64,000 nt of DNA from an uncultured Eubacteriales bacterium (GTDB lineage: Bacteria; Actinomycetota; Coriobacteriia; Anaerosomatales; JAHIQC01): NCBI GenBank assembly GCA_964565645.1, contig CAZMFQ010000009.1:47391-111390 (forward strand), in the 5' to 3' direction. Position numbers and translations under genes: made by a program. The notes under the pieces were generated by a model, which saw only the letters and a list, made by a program, of their open reading frames with translations, had not been told where the DNA came from and did not search any database. Positions within the stretch are counted from its first letter, which is position 1. The number at the start of each line of letters is the position of its first letter. This document shows, piece after piece, positions 1 to 8,491 of this stretch.

Positions 1-16
1 CGGGAGGAGAACGACC

Positions 17-901
17 TCACTCATCGCCATCACCTCCGTGGTCATAGATCGTGGGGAAGATCGAGATCGGCATGCTGAAGCGGTACCCCGTGCCGACCAG
101 GTCGTCGAGGAACATGATCGCGCCTGCCGGAAGCACCGCGGCCAGCGCGTCGACCATCTTGCCGCCCTGCTCGAACTCGGGGCGGCTCGGTCCCTGACAC
201 CCGCGGCAGGGCACGCCCGCGGCGGTGCAGCGTGCTCCGCAGCCTTCGCGGGTCATCGGACCCATGCAGATGACGCCCTGCTCCAGGAAGCAGCGGTCCG
301 GGTCGATCACATCGAGCTCCATGATGCCGTAGACGGCATCGGAGACGAACTCCGAGGAGTGTTCGAGCAGCGTGATCTTCTCTCGCCCGCACTCGTCGCA
401 CATGTTGCGGCGGGGCATCTCCCAAGCGCGCCCTTCAAGGGCCGCCGTGAGCGCGTCGAGCAGTGTGTCGGTCTCGGGCGCGCAGCCGGGGACCGAGACG
501 TCGACGGTCACGAAGTCGGAGAGCGGCTGCACGCGAGCGGTCAACTCGGGAAGCCCGGTCGGCTTGTGTGCCGTGCCGAACGCGGTGTCGAGCACCTCGG
601 CGCGGCTCGAGAGGTTGCGCAGACCGCCGATGCCGCCGAGTGCGGCACACGAACCGACAGCCACGAGTGTCTTGCTCGCCTTGCGTGCGGCGAGGAGGAC
701 CTCGATGTCATGATCGGTCGTCACCGCGCCTTCGACGAGACAGACGTCACAGTCGGTCAGATCGTCGACCGCCACGAGCGGGGATGCGACCAGGTCGACG
801 GCCTCGAGAAGCGGGATGATCGCCTCGTGTGCATCGAGAAGCGACACGTAGCAGCCTTCGCAACCGCCGAGGACCACATGTGCCAGACGTGGCTTGCTCA
901 C
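17..901 (-). CDS. mvhG: [NiFe]-hydrogenase small subunit, Mvh / F420-non-reducing (group 3c-like) type
   Basis: 294-aa ORF. N-terminal GGCEGC and GSCAALGG cluster-ligand motifs plus a C-terminal Cys-rich FeS region (CDECG, CMGPMTREGCGARC, CRGCQGP). 4-nt overlap with the upstream MvhD-domain gene. The large subunit is expected just beyond the left edge. Confidence 0.8.
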   Translation of the reverse strand: MSKPRLAHVVLGGCEGCYVSLLDAHEAIIPLLEAVDLVASPLVAVDDLTDCDVCLVEGAVTTDHDIEVLLAARKASKTLVAVGSCAALGGIGGLRNLSSRAEVLDTAFGTAHKPTGLPELTARVQPLSDFVTVDVSVPGCAPETDTLLDALTAALEGRAWEMPRRNMCDECGREKITLLEHSSEFVSDAVYGIMELDVIDPDRCFLEQGVICMGPMTREGCGARCTAAGVPCRGCQGPSRPEFEQGGKMVDALAAVLPAGAIMFLDDLVGTGYRFSMPISIFPTIYDHGGDGDE

Positions 902-2505
902 TGGGGACCCCCCTTCCCGTTGGTAAGAGAGCCCAAAGTCATATAGACCTCGTTGATCTGCTCGACGAACCGTTCGCCCTCGAACGGCGAGATGTCGACG
1001 ATCCGCAGACGCGCATCATCGAGATGGCGTGAACGCAGCACGGTGCGCAGGAGGTTGATGCGGCGGTCCATGTCCAGGTTGCCGATCAGGTTGTGGCAAT
1101 GGCCCTCGCGGCAACGGAACACCGTAACGCCGTCGAAGCCCGCCTTGAACGCCTCGAGGACGTAGAGCGTGTCGAGACGACCGCCGCATGGGATGCGCAG
1201 CGGCAGGAAGGATGCCGGGTAGGTCTCGCCCCCCTGCTCGACGTACTCGGAGGCGCTGTCTGCGGCCGGATAGCCGCAGCCGGCGCACAGGAAGCCCAGC
1301 ACGCGCTCACCCGGCACCTCGGCCTCGGCAAGCGCGCGGATGGTCTCGATCAGGTAATCATGCGGAGCGCTGATGATGTCGCGGGCGCCCACCGGGCACG
1401 AGACCACGCACTTGCCGCATGCGCGACAGCGCCGCACGTCGACATGCGACAGGCCGTCGGCGCCTAGGCTGCACGCGCCGAACGCGCAGGTTCGGACGCA
1501 GGACGCGCATCCGCCGCACAGGCTTTCGTCGACATGCGAGACGTCCATGTAGTGCGTGGTGGTCGGCTGGGAGAGCCGAAGCACCAGCGCGATGGCGGCT
1601 GAGTCCGCAGCCGCGACCTTCTCGCGGGTGCGGTCACTGCTGACGCGCACGGGAACCACCATGATCCCGGGGTCGACCGTCTCCGACGGGTGTGTGTCGG
1701 GGTCGATCGAGCGGGCGTGCCCCTCTTCGTCGATGTCGACCTTGAAGTGGCCGCGCAGTTCCTCGATCCACTGGGTGACATCGGGGCGGGCGAGCAGGAT
1801 GCCGCCGACCCGGTAGTGGGCGGTGCCGGCGTCCGAGCTCAGGACCACGTCGTAGTCGCCGAGCCAACCGGAGCCGTCGGAGATGCGTGCACCGTCGACG
1901 AACTCGGCGTTGGGATGACCGGCCACGTATGCCGCGGTGGCCTTGAGGCTCGAGGGCTGCAGCGCGTGCGCCTTGCCCTGGCCGCGATCGGCGAGCACCA
2001 CCGAGAATCCGAGCTGAAGAAGCCTCTGGGCGGCCACGACCGCCTCGGTCGTCACACCGAGGATCAGCACCGAGTGCCGAGGCTCGGTCACGATGCCCTC
2101 GGCGTCGCGGGAGAGTGCCACTCTTCGGCAGGCATCTTCTATGACCGCCTTGGCTTTCGCGGTCGCGCCGAGCGGATCGGCGCCGTGGACGACCGCCACC
2201 TGCTCGTAGATGTTGGCGGCGATGACGCGGTTCGGGTTGACGCCCGCGGCGACGATCTTCTCGAGGAGGTGCCGACCCGAGAGTGACTTGGTGTAGCGCT
2301 CCACGGAGTGACCGGCGAGCACGACGCCGTCGAGCTCGGCATCGACAACGTCACGACACATGCGTTCCTGGGTCGACGGATCGAAGAGATCGTCGAAGAC
2401 CCGAACGACCGCGGCCGCCTTGCCCGCGTCCGCGAGCGCCGCGTCCAGGTCGATCGCGTCTTCGACCTTACCTCCGCAACGGGAGACGTACAGGCCTAGT
2501 GGCAC
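898..2505 (-). CDS. HdrA-like polyferredoxin fused to an MvhD-type domain
   Basis: 535 aa, GTG start 6 nt after GGGGTGAGG. Ferredoxin motifs CGGCASCVRTC and CRACGKCVVSCP, followed by a C-terminal MvhD-like region (FLCAGCGYPAAD, IPCGGRLD, FRCREGHCH). The Rossmann-like stretch reads ILGVTTEA rather than GxGxxG. Confidence 0.65.
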   Translation of the reverse strand: MPLGLYVSRCGGKVEDAIDLDAALADAGKAAAVVRVFDDLFDPSTQERMCRDVVDAELDGVVLAGHSVERYTKSLSGRHLLEKIVAAGVNPNRVIAANIYEQVAVVHGADPLGATAKAKAVIEDACRRVALSRDAEGIVTEPRHSVLILGVTTEAVVAAQRLLQLGFSVVLADRGQGKAHALQPSSLKATAAYVAGHPNAEFVDGARISDGSGWLGDYDVVLSSDAGTAHYRVGGILLARPDVTQWIEELRGHFKVDIDEEGHARSIDPDTHPSETVDPGIMVVPVRVSSDRTREKVAAADSAAIALVLRLSQPTTTHYMDVSHVDESLCGGCASCVRTCAFGACSLGADGLSHVDVRRCRACGKCVVSCPVGARDIISAPHDYLIETIRALAEAEVPGERVLGFLCAGCGYPAADSASEYVEQGGETYPASFLPLRIPCGGRLDTLYVLEAFKAGFDGVTVFRCREGHCHNLIGNLDMDRRINLLRTVLRSRHLDDARLRIVDISPFEGERFVEQINEVYMTLGSLTNGKGGPQ

Positions 2506-2688
2506 GAAACCTCACCCCTTTGTGTGATGTCCGGAAGCTATGAATACAGATACCCGCAGTGACCGGTACCGGCCGGACCCCGCGGGCAATGTTCCACTTG
2601 GGTTCTACATCGGTGATATCGGACACAGTATTAAGCGAAACGGCGCGAACGGTCGCTCGGCGGTCGCGAGCGGTCGGATGCCGGACCC

Positions 2689-3762
2689 TCAGCCCCTGTC
2701 ACGGCCTCCGGCAGCCAGTCTCTCGATCTCCTCGGCGATGTCGTTGACCCCGAGGACCACGTCCACCGCGCCCAGATCCGCCGCCGCCTTGGGCATGCCG
2801 TACACGGTCGACGTGTCCTCGTCCTGGGCGACGGTGGCCGCACCGGCGTCGTGCATCCGCTTGAGGCCCTCGGCGCCGTCAGCGCCCATGCCGGTGAGGA
2901 TGACCCCCACGGCGCTACGCCCGAAGCTGTTCGCGGTCGAGATGAACAGCGTGTCGGCCGAGGGGATGTAAAGCTGCCCGTGCTGGGGCTCCGAGAAGCG
3001 CATGGTGTAGCCGTCCATCTCGAGGTTCGAGCCCGTTGGGGCGAGGTAGACGTAGCCCGGCTCCGCGAGCGCCCCGTCCTTGGCCTCGCGAACGGTGAGC
3101 TGACAGCCCGTGTCGAGCCACGCCACGAGCCCGGGTACGAAGCCCTCGGCGATGTGCTGTGCGATGACGATCGGGACCGGGAACTCCTTGGGCAGGCGGC
3201 CGAGCACGTTGAGCAGCGCGCTCGGACCTCCCGTCGATGACCCGATGGCGACGAGCGAGCGCGTGCCGGGCCTCACGATGGGCATGGGCGCCGGCGTCAG
3301 GGGCTCCGCGACGGGCCGCTTGCGGCCCTTGATGTGCGTGATGACACGGACCCGCGACAGGACCTTGACCTTGCGGATGACCTCTTTGCCGATCCGCTCG
3401 AGGTCCGCCCAGTCCCTCGGTTCGGGCTTCTTGATGACCTCGAGCGCTCCCATCTGAAGCGCGTCGAAGGCCCTGCCCATCCCTTCGCCGTACACCGAGG
3501 AGGAGACCACGAGGATAGGCGTGGGGTGGTACGCCATGATCTGCTCGGTGGCCACGAGCCCGTCCATCTTGGGCATGTGGATGTCCATGGTAACCAGATC
3601 CGGCCGCAGCTGAGCGACAGCGTCGACGGCTTCTTTGCCGTCACGCGCCATCCCCACGACCTCGATCGACGAGTCGGTCGCCAGGATCTGCGCGAGCATC
3701 TCCCGTGCGACCAGGGAGTCGTCGACTATGAGCACACGAATGCGGCCCCGTTGCGAGTGCAC
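2689..3762 (-). CDS. cheB: Protein-glutamate methylesterase CheB (receiver + methylesterase)
   Basis: 357 aa. Receiver (RVLIVDDS, DIHMPKMDG) followed by an esterase domain (GSSTGGPSAL, LTGMGADG). Last gene of the che operon. Confidence 0.9.
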   Translation of the reverse strand: MHSQRGRIRVLIVDDSLVAREMLAQILATDSSIEVVGMARDGKEAVDAVAQLRPDLVTMDIHMPKMDGLVATEQIMAYHPTPILVVSSSVYGEGMGRAFDALQMGALEVIKKPEPRDWADLERIGKEVIRKVKVLSRVRVITHIKGRKRPVAEPLTPAPMPIVRPGTRSLVAIGSSTGGPSALLNVLGRLPKEFPVPIVIAQHIAEGFVPGLVAWLDTGCQLTVREAKDGALAEPGYVYLAPTGSNLEMDGYTMRFSEPQHGQLYIPSADTLFISTANSFGRSAVGVILTGMGADGAEGLKRMHDAGAATVAQDEDTSTVYGMPKAAADLGAVDVVLGVNDIAEEIERLAAGGRDRG

Positions 3763-3776
3763 GCTACCTCCGAGGA

Positions 3777-6107
3777 TCAGCGGATCAGACGCTCGACGGT
3801 GTCGAGCAGTGTGTCCTGGTTGAAGACGGACTTGGTGATGTACGCGTCGGCGCCCGCGTCGATACCCTCGGCCTTCTCTTCGTCACGCTCGAGAGACGTG
3901 ACGATGATGACCGGGATCTCGCGAAGGGCCGGGTCGGCCTTGATGGCGCGCGTGAGCTCGAACCCGGTCATGTTCGGCATCTGGACGTCGGAGACGACCG
4001 CATCCACGTCCAGACCTTCCTTGAGCTTCGCATAGCCCATGGCGCCGTCCATCGCGACCTCGACATCGTAGCCGGCGGCCTCGAAGATCGAGCGCTCGAG
4101 CTCGCGGGTCGTGAACGAGTCCTCGCAGATGAGGATCTTGCGCGGGCCCGTACGCTCCTTCTCGACCACCTGTCCGCCGGTCTTCTGTCCAGCGCGGTGA
4201 CGGGCGTTGGCCATGAGGTCGGGCACGTTGAGGATCGGCACGACCTCTCCGGCACCGAGGATGGTCACCCCGGCGACGTTGTCGACCTTGAGCAGGTGCG
4301 TGCCGAGGGGCTTGATGACGATCTGCTGCTCGCCCACGAGCGCGTCGACCATGAAGCCCATGCGGTGGCCCGAGAAGCCTATGGTCGCGATGGGGATCTT
4401 GAGCCCCTCGTGCCCGGTGTGCGGGACACCGAGGATGTCGCCGAGCTGGATGAGCGGGACGGTGCGGCGCTGACGGCGGATGACCTCGCGGCCCTCCACC
4501 TTGATGATCTCGCTCGGATCGATGCGCAGCGTCTCCTCGATCGAGGCCGTCGGCATCGCGAAGACCTGGTCCCCGACCCGCAGCATGAGCGCGCGGATGA
4601 TCGCGAGCGTCAGCGGGATGGTCAGACGGAACGTCGTGCCCTCACCCATGACGCTGTGCACATCGAGCGAGCCTTTGAGCTTCTCGACGATGAACTCGCG
4701 CACGACATCCATGCCCACGCCCCGGCCGGAGATCTCGGTGATGATCGCGCTCGTTGAGAAGCCCTTCTCGAAGATGAGGTAGATGGCTTCCCGGTCCGAC
4801 ATCGCCTTGGCCTCGGACTCCGAGATGTAGCCCTTGCGGATCGCCGCGCTCTTGACCCGCTCCGGGTCGATGCCCGCACCGTCGTCCGAAACCTCGATGA
4901 CGATGTGGTCACCCTCCTGGCGCGCGGCCATACGGATGGTGCCCTTCGCCGGCTTTCCGGCCTTCACGCGCTCATCGGTCGACTCGATCCCATGGTCCAC
5001 GGCGTTGCGCATGATGTGGACGAGGGGGTCGTTTATCTCCTCGAGCACCTTCTTGTCCAGTTCGGTGTCGCCGCCCTCCATGAAGAGGTCGACGTCCTTC
5101 TTGAACGAACGGGCGAGGTCGCGCACCGCGCGGGGAAACGCCTGGAAGACGGTTGAGACGGGCAGCATGCGCATCCGCATGCCCTGCTCTTGCAGGTCGT
5201 TTATGACCACGGACGTCCGTGATACGTCGTCCCCGTACTGCTTGAGCAGGGTCGTCTCGCCACGCCGCCGGTCGAGCAGTAGGCCGTCCAGGGTGCTGAT
5301 CTCTTCCATGATCGCGGACATCGCAGCGTCATCATCGATCTGGATGGTATTGAGAAGCGACTTGAGGCGCACCCACGTCTGCCATGCCTCGGTCATCTCG
5401 CCGACGCCGGCCCGCAGTTCGAGCAAGCGCTGCTCGTCCTTGATCTGGCCGATGACGACCTCGCTGATGAGGTTCAGAAGCGAGTCGACCTGGCTCGTTC
5501 GGATGCGGATGGTCGTCTGGACCTTGGACTTGAGACCCTCGTCCGCGCCCGGCTTCGCGTTCGCGGCGGCCGCTCGTGACGAGTTGGAGTGCGCGACCTG
5601 GTCCTCGGCAAGCTCCTCTTGGTCCTCGCGCTCGAGCTCCTCGTGCGTGTCGGCCGGCTCCTCGGCAGGTGGATCGGCCGACTCCGGCTCCGAGGCGTCG
5701 GTCCCGGTCTTGGGGGCGCCGCCCTCGGCAACGGCCGTCAGCTTGAGCTGCAGGGCCGGCAGGTCGAGGGTGCCGTCGGTGTTGACGCCGCCGTTGTCGG
5801 CAAGGAAGACGATAGCGTCGAGCGCCTCGAAGAAGCTGTCACTCATCTGGGGCGTGTAGGCCATCTCGCCGTCGCGGATCTTGACCATGATGTCTTCGAG
5901 CCTGTGGGCCACATCGGAGATGTCGATGAGACCCACCATGCGCGAGGAGCCCTTGATGGTATGGGCGTCGCGCATCATCTGATCGATGAGCTCCCGGTTG
6001 CCCGGGTCGATCTCGAGTTGGATGACGCCCTCGTTGAGACGCTGCAGGAGATCCTGCGCCTCTTCCTGGAACTTCCCTATGAACGCGCTGCGGTCGAACT
6101 CGACCAT
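3777..6107 (-). CDS. cheA: Chemotaxis histidine kinase CheA with C-terminal receiver (FrzE-like hybrid)
   Basis: 776 aa. HPt (HTIKGSS), acidic linker, HATPase (DDGAGID, GRGVGMDVV), CheW-like domain, C-terminal REC (KILICEDS, DVQMPNMTG). Confidence 0.9.
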   Translation of the reverse strand: MVEFDRSAFIGKFQEEAQDLLQRLNEGVIQLEIDPGNRELIDQMMRDAHTIKGSSRMVGLIDISDVAHRLEDIMVKIRDGEMAYTPQMSDSFFEALDAIVFLADNGGVNTDGTLDLPALQLKLTAVAEGGAPKTGTDASEPESADPPAEEPADTHEELEREDQEELAEDQVAHSNSSRAAAANAKPGADEGLKSKVQTTIRIRTSQVDSLLNLISEVVIGQIKDEQRLLELRAGVGEMTEAWQTWVRLKSLLNTIQIDDDAAMSAIMEEISTLDGLLLDRRRGETTLLKQYGDDVSRTSVVINDLQEQGMRMRMLPVSTVFQAFPRAVRDLARSFKKDVDLFMEGGDTELDKKVLEEINDPLVHIMRNAVDHGIESTDERVKAGKPAKGTIRMAARQEGDHIVIEVSDDGAGIDPERVKSAAIRKGYISESEAKAMSDREAIYLIFEKGFSTSAIITEISGRGVGMDVVREFIVEKLKGSLDVHSVMGEGTTFRLTIPLTLAIIRALMLRVGDQVFAMPTASIEETLRIDPSEIIKVEGREVIRRQRRTVPLIQLGDILGVPHTGHEGLKIPIATIGFSGHRMGFMVDALVGEQQIVIKPLGTHLLKVDNVAGVTILGAGEVVPILNVPDLMANARHRAGQKTGGQVVEKERTGPRKILICEDSFTTRELERSIFEAAGYDVEVAMDGAMGYAKLKEGLDVDAVVSDVQMPNMTGFELTRAIKADPALREIPVIIVTSLERDEEKAEGIDAGADAYITKSVFNQDTLLDTVERLIR

Positions 6108-6134
6108 CGTGGCGACTCCTTTTGGAGGCTTCGG

Positions 6135-7358
6135 CTACTCGACGATCCGGAACGCGGACCCGACCTGAGCCGACTCCTTCGCGATGTTGGAGAGCTGCTC
6201 TGCACTGCCAGCGACCTGACGCCCGCCCGCCGCCGTCTGCTGGGCTACGGCGGCGACCTCGCGCATGGCCTTGACGACCTGGTCCGTCGCGCTCTTCTGC
6301 TGCTGTGTCGCGGCGGAGATCTCCTTGGCCGCCACGGTCGTCTGCTCGATCATCTCGAGGATCTGGTCGAGGGACTCGCCGGTGACGTGGGCGAGATCGA
6401 CGCCGCCCTGGACCTGCTTGAGCTCCTGCTCGGTGGCGATGACGAGTTCGTTCGCGGCGCTCTGGATCTCGGTCATGATCGTACCGATCTCGCCGGTCGA
6501 GTCCACGACGGACTCGGCGAGCTTGCGGATCTCGACCGCGACGACGGAGAAGCCCTTGCCGGCCTCTCCCGCCCGCGCCGCCTCGATGGCCGCGTTGAGC
6601 GCGAGGATCTTGGTCTGGTCCGCGATCGAGTTGATGATCTCGAGGACCTGGCCGATCTGCTGGCTGCGCTCGCCGAGCGAGAGGATCTTGTTCGCGGATG
6701 CCTGGGACCTGGTCTTGATGTCCTCCATGGCCGACAGGGTGTTCATGACGGCCTGCTGGCCGGACTCCGCACTCCCGAGCGAGGCCTCGGCCATGTTCAC
6801 CACCTGGTTCGCGTTGTCGGCGATCTGGCGGTACGTGGCGGCAAGCTCCTCCATCGTCGCGGTGGTCTCGCTGATGGACGCGGCCTGCTCGGCGGCGCCC
6901 GAGGCCTGCTGTTCTGTCGCCGAGAGGATCTCGCTCGAGGACTGCGCGAGCCTGCGAGAGGATTCCTGCGTCTGTCGGATGAGGTAGACGATCAGATCGA
7001 GCATCTGGTTGTAGGAGCGTGAAAGCGTGCCGAACTCGTCGGGCGTGTCGACATCGACCTTGTGGCCGATCTCGCCCTGGCACGCCGCCTTGACGCTCTC
7101 TACGACGAGATCGAGTGGTGCGATGAACCGTTTGCCCACGTACAGGAAGATCACGAGCCAGCCGATACCGAGGACCGTCGTCCCGGCGAGCAGCAGTATG
7201 ATGTCGCCCTTGAGTTCAGGCGCTCCCGCCAGCTCATCGCCGAAGGAGAGCCACGCCACCCACCACTGGAGCCCGATGAACACCATCATGATGAGGGCGT
7301 TCACAAGCGAGTACTTGTAGAGGAACTTGCTTCTGACCGCGTTGATGATCCTGTTCAT
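6135..7358 (-). CDS. Methyl-accepting chemotaxis protein, two TM helices + HAMP, no periplasmic sensor domain
   Basis: 407 aa. Two hydrophobic helices separated by about 14 residues, a HAMP region, and the canonical signalling hairpin [30 protein letters not shown]. Confidence 0.9.
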   Translation of the reverse strand: MNRIINAVRSKFLYKYSLVNALIMMVFIGLQWWVAWLSFGDELAGAPELKGDIILLLAGTTVLGIGWLVIFLYVGKRFIAPLDLVVESVKAACQGEIGHKVDVDTPDEFGTLSRSYNQMLDLIVYLIRQTQESSRRLAQSSSEILSATEQQASGAAEQAASISETTATMEELAATYRQIADNANQVVNMAEASLGSAESGQQAVMNTLSAMEDIKTRSQASANKILSLGERSQQIGQVLEIINSIADQTKILALNAAIEAARAGEAGKGFSVVAVEIRKLAESVVDSTGEIGTIMTEIQSAANELVIATEQELKQVQGGVDLAHVTGESLDQILEMIEQTTVAAKEISAATQQQKSATDQVVKAMREVAAVAQQTAAGGRQVAGSAEQLSNIAKESAQVGSAFRIVE

Positions 7359-7379
7359 GCGTGCGCCTCCAGGGTCTTT

Positions 7380-7898
7380 CTACTTGGCTCCCGCGCCGAT
7401 CGGTTCGAGCACCCTATCCTTGTTGACGAGGCCGATGAGTCGACCGTCGATGTAGATGGAACCGGCGATGAACTCCGCCTGCGATTTGTCGATGGTGGTG
7501 AGCGGAGGCTCGATGCCCTCGCGGGGGACGTCGACGATGTCGCCGATCTCGTCGACCACGATGGCGGAGGTGCTGTTCGCGCCATGCACCACGATCGCGG
7601 GGGCCTGTCCGGCGTCGGTCGTGAGCGCCCCGAGGCGCATCATCCGGGCCACGTCGGTAACCGAGATGATCTCGCCTCGGATGTTGACCACGCCGAGGAT
7701 GAAATCCGGCACGCACGGGATCGGCGTGATGAGGTACTCCTGGTATATCTCGCGGACGTCGTCCACGTTCACCGCGTACCACTCGTCCCCGAGCCTGAAG
7801 AGCAACACGGAGATGAGGTCCGCGGCGATCTCCTCGGCGGACTCCTGAGCGAGCGATTCGGCACGCTTGCGCAAGACCTCGTCGGCCTGCTCGGCCAT
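7380..7898 (-). CDS. cheW: Chemotaxis coupling protein CheW
   Basis: CheW-like domain (LLFRLGDEWYAVNVDDVREI, VNIRGEIISV). Start placed at ATG 7898, preceded by AGGAGA. The longer ORF to 7982 would overlap the upstream gene by 53 nt. Confidence 0.85.
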   Translation of the reverse strand: MAEQADEVLRKRAESLAQESAEEIAADLISVLLFRLGDEWYAVNVDDVREIYQEYLITPIPCVPDFILGVVNIRGEIISVTDVARMMRLGALTTDAGQAPAIVVHGANSTSAIVVDEIGDIVDVPREGIEPPLTTIDKSQAEFIAGSIYIDGRLIGLVNKDRVLEPIGAGAK

Positions 7899-7929
7899 GG
7901 ATCTCCTGCCGTTCGGCTCCGTCACGCGA

Positions 7930-8475
7930 TCACCACCCCTCGCCGTCGGTGAGCCCGAGTGGAGCCACGAGCTTCTCGACACTGAGCATGAACACGAGGT
8001 CCGTGTCGAGATGGCAGACGCCGATCATTCGGTCGGCGAGGGCGTGCAGCTTGGGAGGGGCCGAGACGCACCCCTCGGGGACGTCGATGACGTCCTCGAC
8101 ATCGTCGACCACCAGGGCCACGAAGCCCTGGCCGACGCGGCAGATGATCATGGGGGTGTCGAGACGGTACTCCTCGGCGGGCAGCGAGAGCAGGGCGCGC
8201 ATATCGATCGCCGGGATGACGCTCCCGCGCAGGTTGACCATACCGATGACGGCGTGCGAGCCGCCGTGGGCCTCGGAGAGCGCGACGATCTGCTGGATCT
8301 CCTGGACGCTGTGGATCGGAAGGGCGTAGCGCTGACCGCCGAGGTGGAACGCGACCATCTGGCTGATGACCGCGACTTCGGGCTCAGGCTCCGCCGGCGC
8401 GACGACCTCGACGGCAGGCGTCTCCTGCTCCACGGGGGCCGGCTCGGGGGCGGGTGTCTTCTTGCGAGGGGTCAT
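7930..8475 (-). CDS. cheW: CheW-like coupling protein with Pro/Glu-rich N-terminal extension
   Basis: Start at ATG 8475 (MTPRKKTPAPEP...). CheW domain (FHLGGQRYALPIHSVQEI, VNLRGSVIPAIDM). The upstream part of the 282-aa ORF is Arg/Pro/Ser-rich and looks non-coding. Confidence 0.8.
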   Translation of the reverse strand: MTPRKKTPAPEPAPVEQETPAVEVVAPAEPEPEVAVISQMVAFHLGGQRYALPIHSVQEIQQIVALSEAHGGSHAVIGMVNLRGSVIPAIDMRALLSLPAEEYRLDTPMIICRVGQGFVALVVDDVEDVIDVPEGCVSAPPKLHALADRMIGVCHLDTDLVFMLSVEKLVAPLGLTDGEGW

Positions 8476-8491
8476 CGTCTGTACCGCCCGC

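Noticed and set aside
5589-7022. 477-aa plus-strand ORF (and many similar ones, e.g. 7062-7952, 9152-10345) antisense to cheA/MCP/PilB-like genes
   Set aside because: These are typical high-GC shadow ORFs: Arg/Gly/Asp/Leu/His-rich low-complexity translation with no recognisable motifs. The opposite strand encodes clearly identifiable proteins.
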